A DNA stretch of 61,869 nt from an uncultured virus (IMG/VR IMGVR_UViG_3300042516_002585) (Duplodnaviria > Heunggongvirae > Uroviricota > Caudoviricetes). The translations under genes and the position numbers were made by a program. Shown piece by piece: positions 31,347 to 39,889 of this stretch (position 1 is the first letter of the stretch; every line of letters starts with the position of its first letter). The notes under the pieces are model-generated. The model saw only the letters and a program-made list of their open reading frames with translations. It searched no databases and was not told the DNA's origin. The DNA lies in IMG/VR virus record IMGVR_UViG_3300042516_002585. The stretch is one strand, 5' to 3'.

Positions 31347-31612
31347 TGACAACAAAAATTTTAGCAGATGAGCTAAATTTGCCAACCACAACAGGAACAG
31401 CTACAAGTTTTAGTGCAGCAACAGTTGTTCGTCTTGTGAATACAGATACGACTCCACATATTGTAACAGTAGTTGAAACTCAAAGTGGAACGGGTATTGG
31501 TTCAATCACAATGCCTGCTGGAACAGTTGAGCAAATTGTTAAGATTGCAAGTCATTGTGTATTTGCTGATAGCAATAAGGTCAAAGGTGCAAAAGTAGGA
31601 TTTACAAACTAA
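31346..31612 (+). CDS. Hypothetical protein between g20 and g21
   Basis: 88 aa; ATVVRLVN and KVGFTN; operon context. Confidence 0.7.
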   Translation: MTTKILADELNLPTTTGTATSFSAATVVRLVNTDTTPHIVTVVETQSGTGIGSITMPAGTVEQIVKIASHCVFADSNKVKGAKVGFTN

Positions 31613-31616
31613 AACA

Positions 31617-32267
31617 ATGAAACTCATCACAGAAGAAATTTCAAAAGTAGAATTTATTACCGAAGGTAAAGGATCTGCAAAAAAATCCTATATCAAAGGT
31701 ATTTTCTTGCAGGCAGAACAAGTCAACAGAAATGGCAGAATGTATCCTCTTTCTATTATGGAAAGAGAGGTAAATCGCTATAATGAAGCATTTGTTCAAA
31801 AAGGTCGTGCTCTTGGAGAACTCGGTCACCCTGATGGACCTACCGTAAATCTTGATAGAGTTTCACATAAAATTTGTGAACTTTATAAAGATGGTAATAA
31901 TTTTATTGGTAAGGCACAACTTTTAGAAACTCCAATGGGTAAGATTGCAAAATCTCTCATTAGTGAGGGAGTTTGCCTTGGCGTTTCTTCTCGTGGTGTT
32001 GGTTCATTAAAGATGACCAATGAGGGTCATAAAGTTGTTGGTGAAGATTTTATGTTAGCAACTGCTGCTGATATCGTTGCCGACCCTTCTGCTCCTGACG
32101 CTTTTGTTCAGGGAATTATGGAAGGTAAAGAGTGGGTTTGGGAAGGTGGAATTCTTCGTGAAAGACTTGCCGAGCAAACTCAAAAGAGAATTAATACTCT
32201 CGTAGATCAAAAAAGACTTGAAGAGCATAAGTTGAATTTATTCAACGATTTCCTCTCAAATCTTTAA
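31617..32267 (+). CDS. gp21: Prohead protease gp21
   Basis: NRNGRMYP, ALGELGHP, GVSSRGVGS, DIVADPSAPDA. Confidence 0.97.
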   Translation: MKLITEEISKVEFITEGKGSAKKSYIKGIFLQAEQVNRNGRMYPLSIMEREVNRYNEAFVQKGRALGELGHPDGPTVNLDRVSHKICELYKDGNNFIGKAQLLETPMGKIAKSLISEGVCLGVSSRGVGSLKMTNEGHKVVGEDFMLATAADIVADPSAPDAFVQGIMEGKEWVWEGGILRERLAEQTQKRINTLVDQKRLEEHKLNLFNDFLSNL

Positions 32268-32269
32268 TT

Positions 32270-32277
32270 TATAAATA
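32270..32277 (+). promoter_or_regulatory. T4-type late promoter
   Basis: TATAAATA upstream of g22. Confidence 0.75.
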
Positions 32278-32307
32278 AATATAGATTATCACAGAATCTA
32301 AACAAAA

Positions 32308-33390
32308 ATGTCCGTTGGTAGCAATTTACAAGAAATGGAAAACGTAGTAACCAAAGGGGCTGCACCTGCTGAGCCAATGCCTTCGGCTGGTATTCCAGTT
32401 GAAGATCTCGGCGGTCCTACTCCTGATAATTATCGTCCAGACGACGATTCAGCAGCACTCAAAACTCCTGGCGCAACTCTTGCTCAGGTCAAAGATGTTG
32501 TTAACGCAAAAGCGGTAAGAGCAGAAGAGACCGAAGTAGAGGAAGAAGTCATCGAAGAGGAGACTGAAGAGGAAGAGGATCTTGAAGGTGGCGAAGAAGG
32601 TGGTGAAGAGGAAGTTGAAGAGGAAGAAGAAGAAGTCGTAGAAGAAGATTTCAACATCGAAGAAGATGTTAATGCTCTTCTAGCGGGTGAAGAACTCTCT
32701 GAAGAATTCCAAGAGAAAGCACGTACAATCTTTGAGGCAGCAATTAAATCAAGAGTTGCTGAAATCAAAGAATCCCTTCAAGAATCGTATGCTGCTGCTC
32801 TTGTAGAAGAGCTTGATGCAATTAAGACTCAACTCACCGAAAGAGTTGATTCTTATCTTGAGTATGTTGCTGATGAGTGGTTCCAAGAGAATGCACTCGC
32901 AGTAGAGCACGGTCTTAAGACCGAAATGACTGAATCATTCCTTGTAGGAATGAAGAGTCTTTTTGAAGATCATTATGTAACAATCCCTGAAGATAGATAT
33001 GATGTAATCGAGAGCATGGTAGATAAACTTGATGAAATGGAAGAAAAACTCAACGAGCAAATCGAAAGAAACGTTGCTCTGAATAGAAGATTAGCTGAGT
33101 CGGTTGCTGATGTAATCTTTGCAGATGTCGCTGAGGGTCTCGCACTTTCTCAGAAGGACAAACTCGCTTCTCTTGCTGAAAATGTTGAGTTTGAAAGTGA
33201 AGCAGACTATCGTGAGAAGCTAGTAACTCTGAGGGAATCATATTTCCCATCAAACGCTGGTACTCAAAGAAGCGCAAGTGAGAATCTTTCGGAAGAAGTA
33301 ACCACAGATGAGAAAGAGGCTCTTAATGAGTCCATTTCTCCAATGATGGCTGCTTACTTACAGACTCTTTCAAGAGCTTCTAAAAAGTGA
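32308..33390 (+). CDS. gp22: Prohead scaffold/core protein gp22
   Basis: Highly acidic; LSEEFQEKARTIFEAA, VDSYLEYVADEW; between g21 and g23. Confidence 0.93.
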   Translation: MSVGSNLQEMENVVTKGAAPAEPMPSAGIPVEDLGGPTPDNYRPDDDSAALKTPGATLAQVKDVVNAKAVRAEETEVEEEVIEEETEEEEDLEGGEEGGEEEVEEEEEEVVEEDFNIEEDVNALLAGEELSEEFQEKARTIFEAAIKSRVAEIKESLQESYAAALVEELDAIKTQLTERVDSYLEYVADEWFQENALAVEHGLKTEMTESFLVGMKSLFEDHYVTIPEDRYDVIESMVDKLDEMEEKLNEQIERNVALNRRLAESVADVIFADVAEGLALSQKDKLASLAENVEFESEADYREKLVTLRESYFPSNAGTQRSASENLSEEVTTDEKEALNESISPMMAAYLQTLSRASKK

Positions 33391-33442
33391 TTTTTAGATT
33401 ATACTCAAACAACAACACTTTTTAAAAAGAGGTAAAAATCAA

Positions 33443-34840
33443 ATGCAAATGTTCAATGCCGAGCATCTGCAGGAGAAGTGGGCACCAATCCTCGACTATG
33501 ATGGTCTTGATCCAATCAAAGATTCACATCGTAGAGCGGTAACCGCAATCCTGCTTGAAAACCAAGAAAGAGAACTTCGTGAAGAGAGAGCATTCCTCTC
33601 CGAAGCTCCAACCGTAAACACCAACAGTGGCGCTAATGCAGGTTTCTCTGCTGGTGCTTCTGCCCCTGTTGCTGGTTTCGACCCTGTTCTGATCTCCCTG
33701 ATTAGACGTTCAATGCCTAACCTGGTCGCTTATGACCTCGCTGGCGTTCAACCAATGAACGGTCCTACTGGACTGATCTTCGCAATGCGCTCTAAGTACA
33801 CCAACATGAGCGGCACCGAAGCACTGTTCAACGAAGCAGATACTGCATTCTCTGGACAGGACAGCGGATTCAACCTCACCAACGGATTTACCGCAGGTAA
33901 CGTTGGTATGGGTACAACCACTCAGCGTGGAACCAATCCTGGTCTTCTGGATGCTACCTATCCTGCAACCGGTGACGCAACTACCTACAACGTAGGTCAG
34001 GGTATGCGTACCGATGATGCAGAGAATCTTGGTCAGACCAGTGGCGACCACTTTAACGAGATGGCATTCTCGATCGAGAAAGTCACCGTTACTGCTAAGT
34101 CACGTGCTCTGAAAGCTGAGTACTCGCTCGAACTCGCACAAGACCTGAAGGCAATTCACGGTCTGAATGCAGAAGCTGAGCTTGCTAACATCCTCAGCAC
34201 TGAGATCCTCGCTGAAATCAACCGCGAAGTTATCCGTACCATCTATAACGTTGCTGAGTCTGGTGCTCAGGCAAACGTTGCTACCGCTGGTACTTTCGAC
34301 CTCGACGTTGACTCCAACGGTCGTTGGTCAGTTGAGAAGTTCAAGGGTCTGATCTTCCAGATCGAGCGTGACGCAAACGCTATCGCCCAGAGAACTCGTC
34401 GTGGCAAGGGTAACATGATCCTCTGCTCTGCTGACGTTGCTTCGGCACTCACCATGGCAGGTGTTCTTGATTACACCCCTGCACTCAACGCTAACCTCAA
34501 CGTTGATGACACTGGTAACACCTTCGCTGGTGTTCTGCAAGGTAAGTATCGTGTTTATATCGATCCTTATGCTGCAAACGTATCTGCTAACCAGTACTAC
34601 GTTGTTGGTTATAAAGGTTCTTCTCCTTATGATGCTGGTCTGTTCTACTGCCCATATGTACCTCTCCAGATGGTACGTGCAGTTGGTCAGGACACCTTCC
34701 AGCCTAAGATCGGCTTCAAGACTCGTTATGGAATTGTTGCTAACCCATTCTCGCAGGGTACTAGCGCAATCAGCGGTGCTGGTCTTGATCGTAACGCAAA
34801 CCGTTACTACAGAAGAGTCAAGGTTACCAATTTAATGTGA
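33443..34840 (+). CDS. gp23: Major capsid protein gp23
   Basis: LQEKWAPIL, GVQPMNGPTGLIFAMR, AKSRALKAEYS.ELAQDLKAIHG, FQPKIGFKTRYG; strong codon bias. Confidence 0.99.
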   Translation: MQMFNAEHLQEKWAPILDYDGLDPIKDSHRRAVTAILLENQERELREERAFLSEAPTVNTNSGANAGFSAGASAPVAGFDPVLISLIRRSMPNLVAYDLAGVQPMNGPTGLIFAMRSKYTNMSGTEALFNEADTAFSGQDSGFNLTNGFTAGNVGMGTTTQRGTNPGLLDATYPATGDATTYNVGQGMRTDDAENLGQTSGDHFNEMAFSIEKVTVTAKSRALKAEYSLELAQDLKAIHGLNAEAELANILSTEILAEINREVIRTIYNVAESGAQANVATAGTFDLDVDSNGRWSVEKFKGLIFQIERDANAIAQRTRRGKGNMILCSADVASALTMAGVLDYTPALNANLNVDDTGNTFAGVLQGKYRVYIDPYAANVSANQYYVVGYKGSSPYDAGLFYCPYVPLQMVRAVGQDTFQPKIGFKTRYGIVANPFSQGTSAISGAGLDRNANRYYRRVKVTNLM

Positions 34841-34860
34841 TCTCGATTCACATATCTGTC

Positions 34861-34888
34861 AGACCTCCCGAAAGGGGGGTCTTTTTTT
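34861..34888 (+). terminator. Rho-independent terminator after g23
   Basis: AGACCTCCC-GAAA-GGGGGGTCT followed by a T-run. Confidence 0.9.
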
Positions 34889-34918
34889 ATCTAAATAAAA
34901 ATAAAACTAGTAGTAACA

Positions 34919-35077
34919 ATGAAACCAACTCCAAGACAATCACAAGAAATTCATAAGAACTACGAAAGAGTTGTTGAGCACCTAATCAGTGAAGGTTATG
35001 CAGAAGACAAAGAGTCTGCTGATAGCATTATCTCAGGTATGAGTGAAGCGTGGTTCAATCTAATCATTGCCGACTGA
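34919..35077 (+). CDS. 52-aa stand-alone 'EGYA..MSE.W' module protein; not in ORF track
   Basis: MKPTPRQSQEIHKNYERVVEHLISEGYAEDKESADSIISGMSEAWFNLIIAD; preceded by CTAAATA (34891-34897); similar to modules in 43601, 45613 and 46332. Confidence 0.75.
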   Translation: MKPTPRQSQEIHKNYERVVEHLISEGYAEDKESADSIISGMSEAWFNLIIAD

Positions 35078-35080
35078 TAA

Positions 35081-35521
35081 GTGAAAACTTTTAAACAGTT
35101 TCAAGAACAAGCACAACCAAGTTCAATATTTAAGTGGACCAAAAGACCAGAGTCAACGGACAAAAATGTTGAAACTAGTTCTTATGGTCCAGGACTTTAC
35201 GGAAACAAGACAGCAGATGGAACTGTTTTAACTCCAAAAACAAGAGGAGTTGCTCACAAAACTTTACCACTTGGAACTCAGGTAAGAATTACAGATCCGA
35301 GAACTGGAAGATCAGTGACTGCACCTGTTATTGATAGGGGTCCATATCACGGTAATAGAGAGTATGATTTGACAACAGGAACCACTCAACAACTCGGTTA
35401 TCCAAATTATAAAGAATTTGGTGCAAGAACCCTTAAAGTCGGACCATTACCAAAACCAAAACTAAGTCCTATTTTTAAATATCCAGAAAAACCAAAATCA
35501 ATCTTTAACTGGAAAAAATAA
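35081..35521 (+). CDS. RlpA-like double-psi beta-barrel lytic transglycosylase with CTS-like N-terminus
   Basis: SSYGPGLYGNKTADG...AHKTLPLGT.VRIT....GRSV...VIDRGPY...R.YDLT matches the RlpA/DPBB pattern; GTG start, MKTFKQFQE. Confidence 0.85.
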   Translation: MKTFKQFQEQAQPSSIFKWTKRPESTDKNVETSSYGPGLYGNKTADGTVLTPKTRGVAHKTLPLGTQVRITDPRTGRSVTAPVIDRGPYHGNREYDLTTGTTQQLGYPNYKEFGARTLKVGPLPKPKLSPIFKYPEKPKSIFNWKK

Positions 35522-36060
35522 TGTCTAATTGTAATTTTCCTGGACAAATTTCAAATAGAAATTTTCTAACAACTGTTGGGTTTAAATTTACTTTGGCAAA
35601 ATATCCCCAAGTAGATTTCTTTGCCAATAGTGCCAGAATACCAGAGATTTCTCTTGCAACTACAATACAACCTTCATACTTAAAGGATATTGACGTACCA
35701 GGTGAAAAATTAACCTATGGAGATTTAACTCTTAGGTTTATTGTTGATGAGAATATGGAAAATTATATTGCAGTGTATGAATGGTTAACTGGACTTGGAT
35801 TTCCAGAAACAACTCAACAATTTAAAAATTTGACCACAGATGATGCTGGTCAGAGAGATATGTTGGAAGCATTCAGTGATGGAACTTTACGTATTCTGAA
35901 CAGTAATTATAGAGAAGTTGCAAAAGTTAAGTTTTTAGATTTATTCCCAACATCATTAAGTTCTCTTGATTTTGATGCCACACCAACTGACATCCAGTAC
36001 TTTACAGCACAGGCATCTTTCAAGTATACTGTATACACTATAACTAGTTCGATTAAATGA
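35521..36060 (+). CDS. gp3: Tail completion/sheath stabiliser gp3
   Basis: NRNFL...GFKF, PGEKLTYGDLTLRFIVDENMENY, F.DLFP.SLS.L.F. Confidence 0.92.
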   Translation: MSNCNFPGQISNRNFLTTVGFKFTLAKYPQVDFFANSARIPEISLATTIQPSYLKDIDVPGEKLTYGDLTLRFIVDENMENYIAVYEWLTGLGFPETTQQFKNLTTDDAGQRDMLEAFSDGTLRILNSNYREVAKVKFLDLFPTSLSSLDFDATPTDIQYFTAQASFKYTVYTITSSIK

Positions 36061-36488
36061 ATCTTGATGAAATTCAGGAGATGTGGCAGAGAGATTCTGT
36101 CATTGATCCTGATAATTTACACGATGAGTCTTTAAAAATTCCTCAACTTCACTCCAAGTATTATACCATTTATAATACAATCACTTTGTTGCGAGAAAAA
36201 GCAAGAGAGACTTACAATAGAGTTAAACTTGAAAGGTATAACTACTACACTGGAAAGGCACCCATAGAGGTTTATGAAGAAGAACCGTTCCCATATAAAG
36301 TTCGGGACAAAGAGGCATTGCAGAGGCATATGGATGGCGATGAGAAGTTAAGTAAAGTAGAACTCAAAATAAGATACTATGACATTATGTTGAAGTTTTT
36401 AGAAGAAGTTATTAAGACTATTTCTAATCGAACATTCCAAATCAAAAATGCTATTGAGTGGCATAGGTTCCAAGCAGGGTTTAACTAA
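36057..36488 (+). CDS. uvsY: Recombination mediator UvsY
   Basis: ESLKIPQLHSKY, YYTGKA, RTFQIKNAIEW.RF.AG. Confidence 0.92.
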   Translation: MNLDEIQEMWQRDSVIDPDNLHDESLKIPQLHSKYYTIYNTITLLREKARETYNRVKLERYNYYTGKAPIEVYEEEPFPYKVRDKEALQRHMDGDEKLSKVELKIRYYDIMLKFLEEVIKTISNRTFQIKNAIEWHRFQAGFN

Positions 36489-36506
36489 ATAAAAATAAAA
36501 AGTTAA

Positions 36507-37193
36507 ATGAAAACTTTTAGAGAGTTTATATCAGAGGCGGGGGCAACTTCTACAAGATTGGGTATAAGAACACAAGAAATTATTAACCGTTCTCGAAATA
36601 CTCCAACAAGTTTGTCTGCACCATATACTTCTTCAAATCCAAGTCCACAAGAACTTGCAGATCGTCGAAGAGATTTTGGTAATTTAAAACCTGGACAAAC
36701 TAGTTTAGATACATTACATAATTTATTCAATTACGCAAAACAAAGAGCACAAGGAATTTATCCAGAAACAAAACATTCGCAAAGAACAAGAGAGAATCCA
36801 ATTAGAAGTAGACCAACTCCACCAAATGCAGTGAAGACTAGTAGTGGTTCACTCACAAGAACTTATCAACCAGTTAGAAGCACTCAAAATCCTTTAACTC
36901 CTTCTGTTAGAGATGAAAGAAGAGCAGCAGCAGGATCATCTGGTCAAGGTTCAACACCAAAAGGTCCAAAACTTTATAGACAATCTGTAAGTGGCGTTTC
37001 TGTTGGCGATGATCCGTTTGCAGTTATAAAATCTGCTAGTACACAACCAAAACCACTCCCCAAACCCAGAGGAACAAGAGGTGGTTCTTCATCATTACCA
37101 AATTTAGGACGTCCTGGAATTGGATTTAAAATGGATGTTGGACATAAACCAGGTGACAGATATGGAATAAGTGGTATTGGTCTTGCAGACTGA
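36507..37193 (+). CDS. Basic low-complexity protein with CTS-like N-terminus (putative internal head protein)
   Basis: MKTFREFISEA then R/P/S/T-rich sequence; CTAAATA late promoter at about 36485; own terminator. Confidence 0.7.
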   Translation: MKTFREFISEAGATSTRLGIRTQEIINRSRNTPTSLSAPYTSSNPSPQELADRRRDFGNLKPGQTSLDTLHNLFNYAKQRAQGIYPETKHSQRTRENPIRSRPTPPNAVKTSSGSLTRTYQPVRSTQNPLTPSVRDERRAAAGSSGQGSTPKGPKLYRQSVSGVSVGDDPFAVIKSASTQPKPLPKPRGTRGGSSSLPNLGRPGIGFKMDVGHKPGDRYGISGIGLAD

Positions 37194-37215
37194 GAGGCAG
37201 AAATGCCTCTTTTTT
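37194..37215 (+). terminator. Rho-independent terminator
   Basis: GAGGCA-GAAA-TGCCTC followed by a T-run. Confidence 0.85.
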
Positions 37216-37217
37216 AT

Positions 37218-37225
37218 TATAAATA
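37218..37225 (+). promoter_or_regulatory. T4-type late promoter
   Basis: TATAAATA upstream of the GIY-YIG gene and uvsW. Confidence 0.75.
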
Positions 37226-37247
37226 ATATGGGACGGAAAAATGCTCT

Positions 37248-37901
37248 ATGGCATTTATATACAAAATAACTAATAATATAAATCAAAAATTTTACATAGG
37301 GTTTACAGGTCAAAAAATCCCTATGCGTAGATTTAATCAACACCTATCATCTGCTCGTTCTGAAAGAAAAAATAATCAACCTATTATCAGAGCAATAAGA
37401 AAATATGGGGAAGAAAATTTTTCTTTTGAAATCCTTTTGGAAGGAGAAGAAAAATTTTTACTCAATGTAGAAGAACCTAGATTGATAAAAGAACTAAAAC
37501 CAGAATATAATTCTACATTAGGTGGTGAGGGAATACTTGGATATAAGCATACAGAAGAGACGAAAATAAAATGTGGACTATCAACACTAGGTAGAAAAGA
37601 AAGTGAAGAGCATAAAAGATGGAGAAGTCAAAAAATTAAAGAAGGTTGGAAAAATCAGAATGTAAATAAAAAAATAGAAGTATCTAATAGCAAATTAAAT
37701 TCCAATAGTCAAAGAATTGAAATTGAAATTGAAGGAATAAAATTTAAAAGTATTAATGATGCTGCTCGTTGGGCGATGGATAAATATGGTATAGGAAGGA
37801 ACACCGCAATAAGATATATTAAAGAAGGTCGTTCATTTTCCAACAAAAAACAAATGAATAGAATTTATGATGGAAAATACAGGTCAACGAAGCACCTCTA
37901 A
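37248..37901 (+). mobile_element. Free-standing GIY-YIG homing endonuclease gene (Seg-like)
   Basis: FIYKITN....KFYIGFT...RRFNQH, AIRKYGEENF.FEIL, YNSTLGGEG, NUMOD3-like KHTEETK.K, C-terminal FKSINDAAR; AT-rich. Confidence 0.9.
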
Positions 37902-39363
37902 TGGGCACATTATTATTTCAAAAAAGAATGAAGTTTTTTTACAAGTAAAAGCAGAACCTCATATCTATTATGAACTAAGAGACGCATTCCAATTTGAAGT
38001 TCCTAACGCAAAATTTTCACCAGCATATAAAAATAAATGGTGGGATGGGCGAATTTATTTGTTTAATGTTAATACTGGAGAAATATACTGTGGTTTGTTA
38101 GACAGATTAACTAAATTTTGTAACGACTACAATTATACTTATGAGTTTGTAAACAATAAGTTTTATGGTCTTCCTTTTGAAGTCAATGAAATGATTTCAA
38201 AGGAAGGTGTAAAAGATTATATGACTTCTATTTGCAAGTATGCTCCCCGTGAGTACCAAGTTGAGGGAGTATACGACGCTTTAAAACATAATCGAAAGTT
38301 GTTGATATCTCCAACTGCCTCTGGAAAGTCGTTGATGATATATTCGATTGTCCGATATTACGTTGAGAAAGGACAAAATACTCTGATAGTCGTTCCGACG
38401 ACATCCCTTGTAGAACAGATGTATAAAGACTTTGCAGATTATGGGTGGGATGTGGGTTCATTTTGCCACAAGATATATGCGGGTAAAGAAAGAGAAACGG
38501 ACTCTCAGGTGATCATTACGACCTGGCAGTCCATCTACAAACTTCCCCGACAATATTTTTCAAGATTTAATGTGGTCGTTGGAGATGAAGCACACCAGTT
38601 TAAATCAAAGTCATTAGTATCTATAATGACAAAACTTTCTGATGCAAAATATCGTTTTGGATTTACAGGAACCCTTGATGGCACTCAGACACACAAATGG
38701 GTTTTAGAAGGTTTATTTGGTCCTTCATACAAAATCATCAGAACAGAAGAACTGATGCAGAAGGGTCACGTTGCCAAACTGGACATTAATATTCTTCTAT
38801 TGAAACACCCACCAAATAAGTTTGAGACCTTTGAGGATGAGGTTCAGTATATTATCAATCACGAGAAACGCAATAAGTTTATCAAGAATCTTGCCCTAGA
38901 TCTTAAAGGCAATACTCTGATTCTCTTTTCAAGAGTAGAGGGACACGGTCAACCTTTATACGATCTCATAAATAAGAGTATCGCAGAAGATCGCCACGTG
39001 TTCTTTGTTCACGGTGGTGTAGATACTGAGGACCGAGAAAAAGTCAGAGAAATTACTGAAAAAGAAAATAATGCAATCATCGTTGCTTCTTATGGCACTT
39101 TTTCTACTGGTATTAACATTAGAAATCTACATAATGTCATCTTTGCTTCCCCTAGTAAATCAAGAATCAGAAATCTCCAATCAATCGGAAGGGTCCTAAG
39201 AAAAAGTGAAAATAAATCAAAAGCAACTCTATATGACATTGCCGATGATATCAGTTATAAATCAAGAAAAAATTATACTCTTAATCATCTAATAGAAAGA
39301 ATAAAAGTTTATAACGAAGAAAACTTTAATTATGATATTGTAAACATACCGCTTAAAAACTAA
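37867..39363 (+). CDS. uvsW: UvsW helicase (start codon uncertain)
   Basis: PREYQ, SPTASGKS, GDEAH, TGT, LQSIGRVLR SF2 motifs. Confidence 0.95.
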   Translation: MMENTGQRSTSNGHIIISKKNEVFLQVKAEPHIYYELRDAFQFEVPNAKFSPAYKNKWWDGRIYLFNVNTGEIYCGLLDRLTKFCNDYNYTYEFVNNKFYGLPFEVNEMISKEGVKDYMTSICKYAPREYQVEGVYDALKHNRKLLISPTASGKSLMIYSIVRYYVEKGQNTLIVVPTTSLVEQMYKDFADYGWDVGSFCHKIYAGKERETDSQVIITTWQSIYKLPRQYFSRFNVVVGDEAHQFKSKSLVSIMTKLSDAKYRFGFTGTLDGTQTHKWVLEGLFGPSYKIIRTEELMQKGHVAKLDINILLLKHPPNKFETFEDEVQYIINHEKRNKFIKNLALDLKGNTLILFSRVEGHGQPLYDLINKSIAEDRHVFFVHGGVDTEDREKVREITEKENNAIIVASYGTFSTGINIRNLHNVIFASPSKSRIRNLQSIGRVLRKSENKSKATLYDIADDISYKSRKNYTLNHLIERIKVYNEENFNYDIVNIPLKN

Positions 39364-39776
39364 TGGGAGAAGAGTTTTACGCAGCAATCAAATTAGTAAC
39401 AGGTGAAGAAATATTTTCTCTAATATGTGTTGATGAGAATGATGGGGATCCTATCATAATTCTTCAAAATCCTGTCATAATGAAAGTTATTAATAATCAT
39501 ATAGGTCAATACGTAAAAGTAAAACCATGGATGGAAATACCATCTGATGATTTCTTTATTATAAAATACGATAAGATCGTTACTATGACTGAAGTTAAAG
39601 AAAGTCAAATGATAACCTTCTATGAGAGATATCTTAATGAAGAAGATGTTGATATAGAACTGGATGGTAAGGTAAAGATATCAAATAAGATGGGATATAT
39701 CTCTTCTGTTGAAGATGCTAGAAAGAACTTAGAGAATATTTTTCGTAAAGATCTTAAAGATAATAAAGAAAGCTAG
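39363..39776 (+). CDS. Conserved hypothetical protein (Sm-like fold candidate)
   Basis: IKLVTGEEI...NPV...KPW pattern; usual position between uvsW and g55. Confidence 0.7.
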   Translation: MGEEFYAAIKLVTGEEIFSLICVDENDGDPIIILQNPVIMKVINNHIGQYVKVKPWMEIPSDDFFIIKYDKIVTMTEVKESQMITFYERYLNEEDVDIELDGKVKISNKMGYISSVEDARKNLENIFRKDLKDNKES

Positions 39777-39803
39777 AGTCTCATCTTCAACGGGAACAAA
39801 GGG

Positions 39804-39832
39804 ATTCTACTCATAATTTCGTATGTTGTCAA
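39804..39832 (-). promoter_or_regulatory. Near-consensus sigma70 promoter on the minus strand
   Basis: Reverse complement reads TTGACA-N17-TAGAAT. Confidence 0.6.
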
Positions 39833-39853
39833 GTCCTGAAAGTATGGTATAAT
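39826..39853 (+). promoter_or_regulatory. Sigma70-like promoter for g55
   Basis: TTGTCA-N16-TATAAT with TG extended -10. Confidence 0.6.
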
Positions 39854-39889
39854 ATACATAACGAAAATTTATCTACAAAGACCGATGTT

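Noticed and set aside
31189..31371. ORF-track 60-aa ORF after g20
   Set aside because: Wrong frame. The 31167-31346 ORF has the late promoter, acidic core-protein character and TAATG coupling.
32520..32650. GAA/GAG-rich repeat-like tract in g22 (similar tract at about 46560-46840)
   Set aside because: It encodes poly-Glu or Lys/Glu linkers; not a DNA repeat element or CRISPR array.
37228..37905. Group I intron or gene-60-style ribosomal bypass around the GIY-YIG gene
   Set aside because: The ORF fills almost the whole interval, leaving no room for a ribozyme core. U/G splice junctions do not restore the uvsW frame, and about 670 nt is far longer than the T4 gene 60 bypass.
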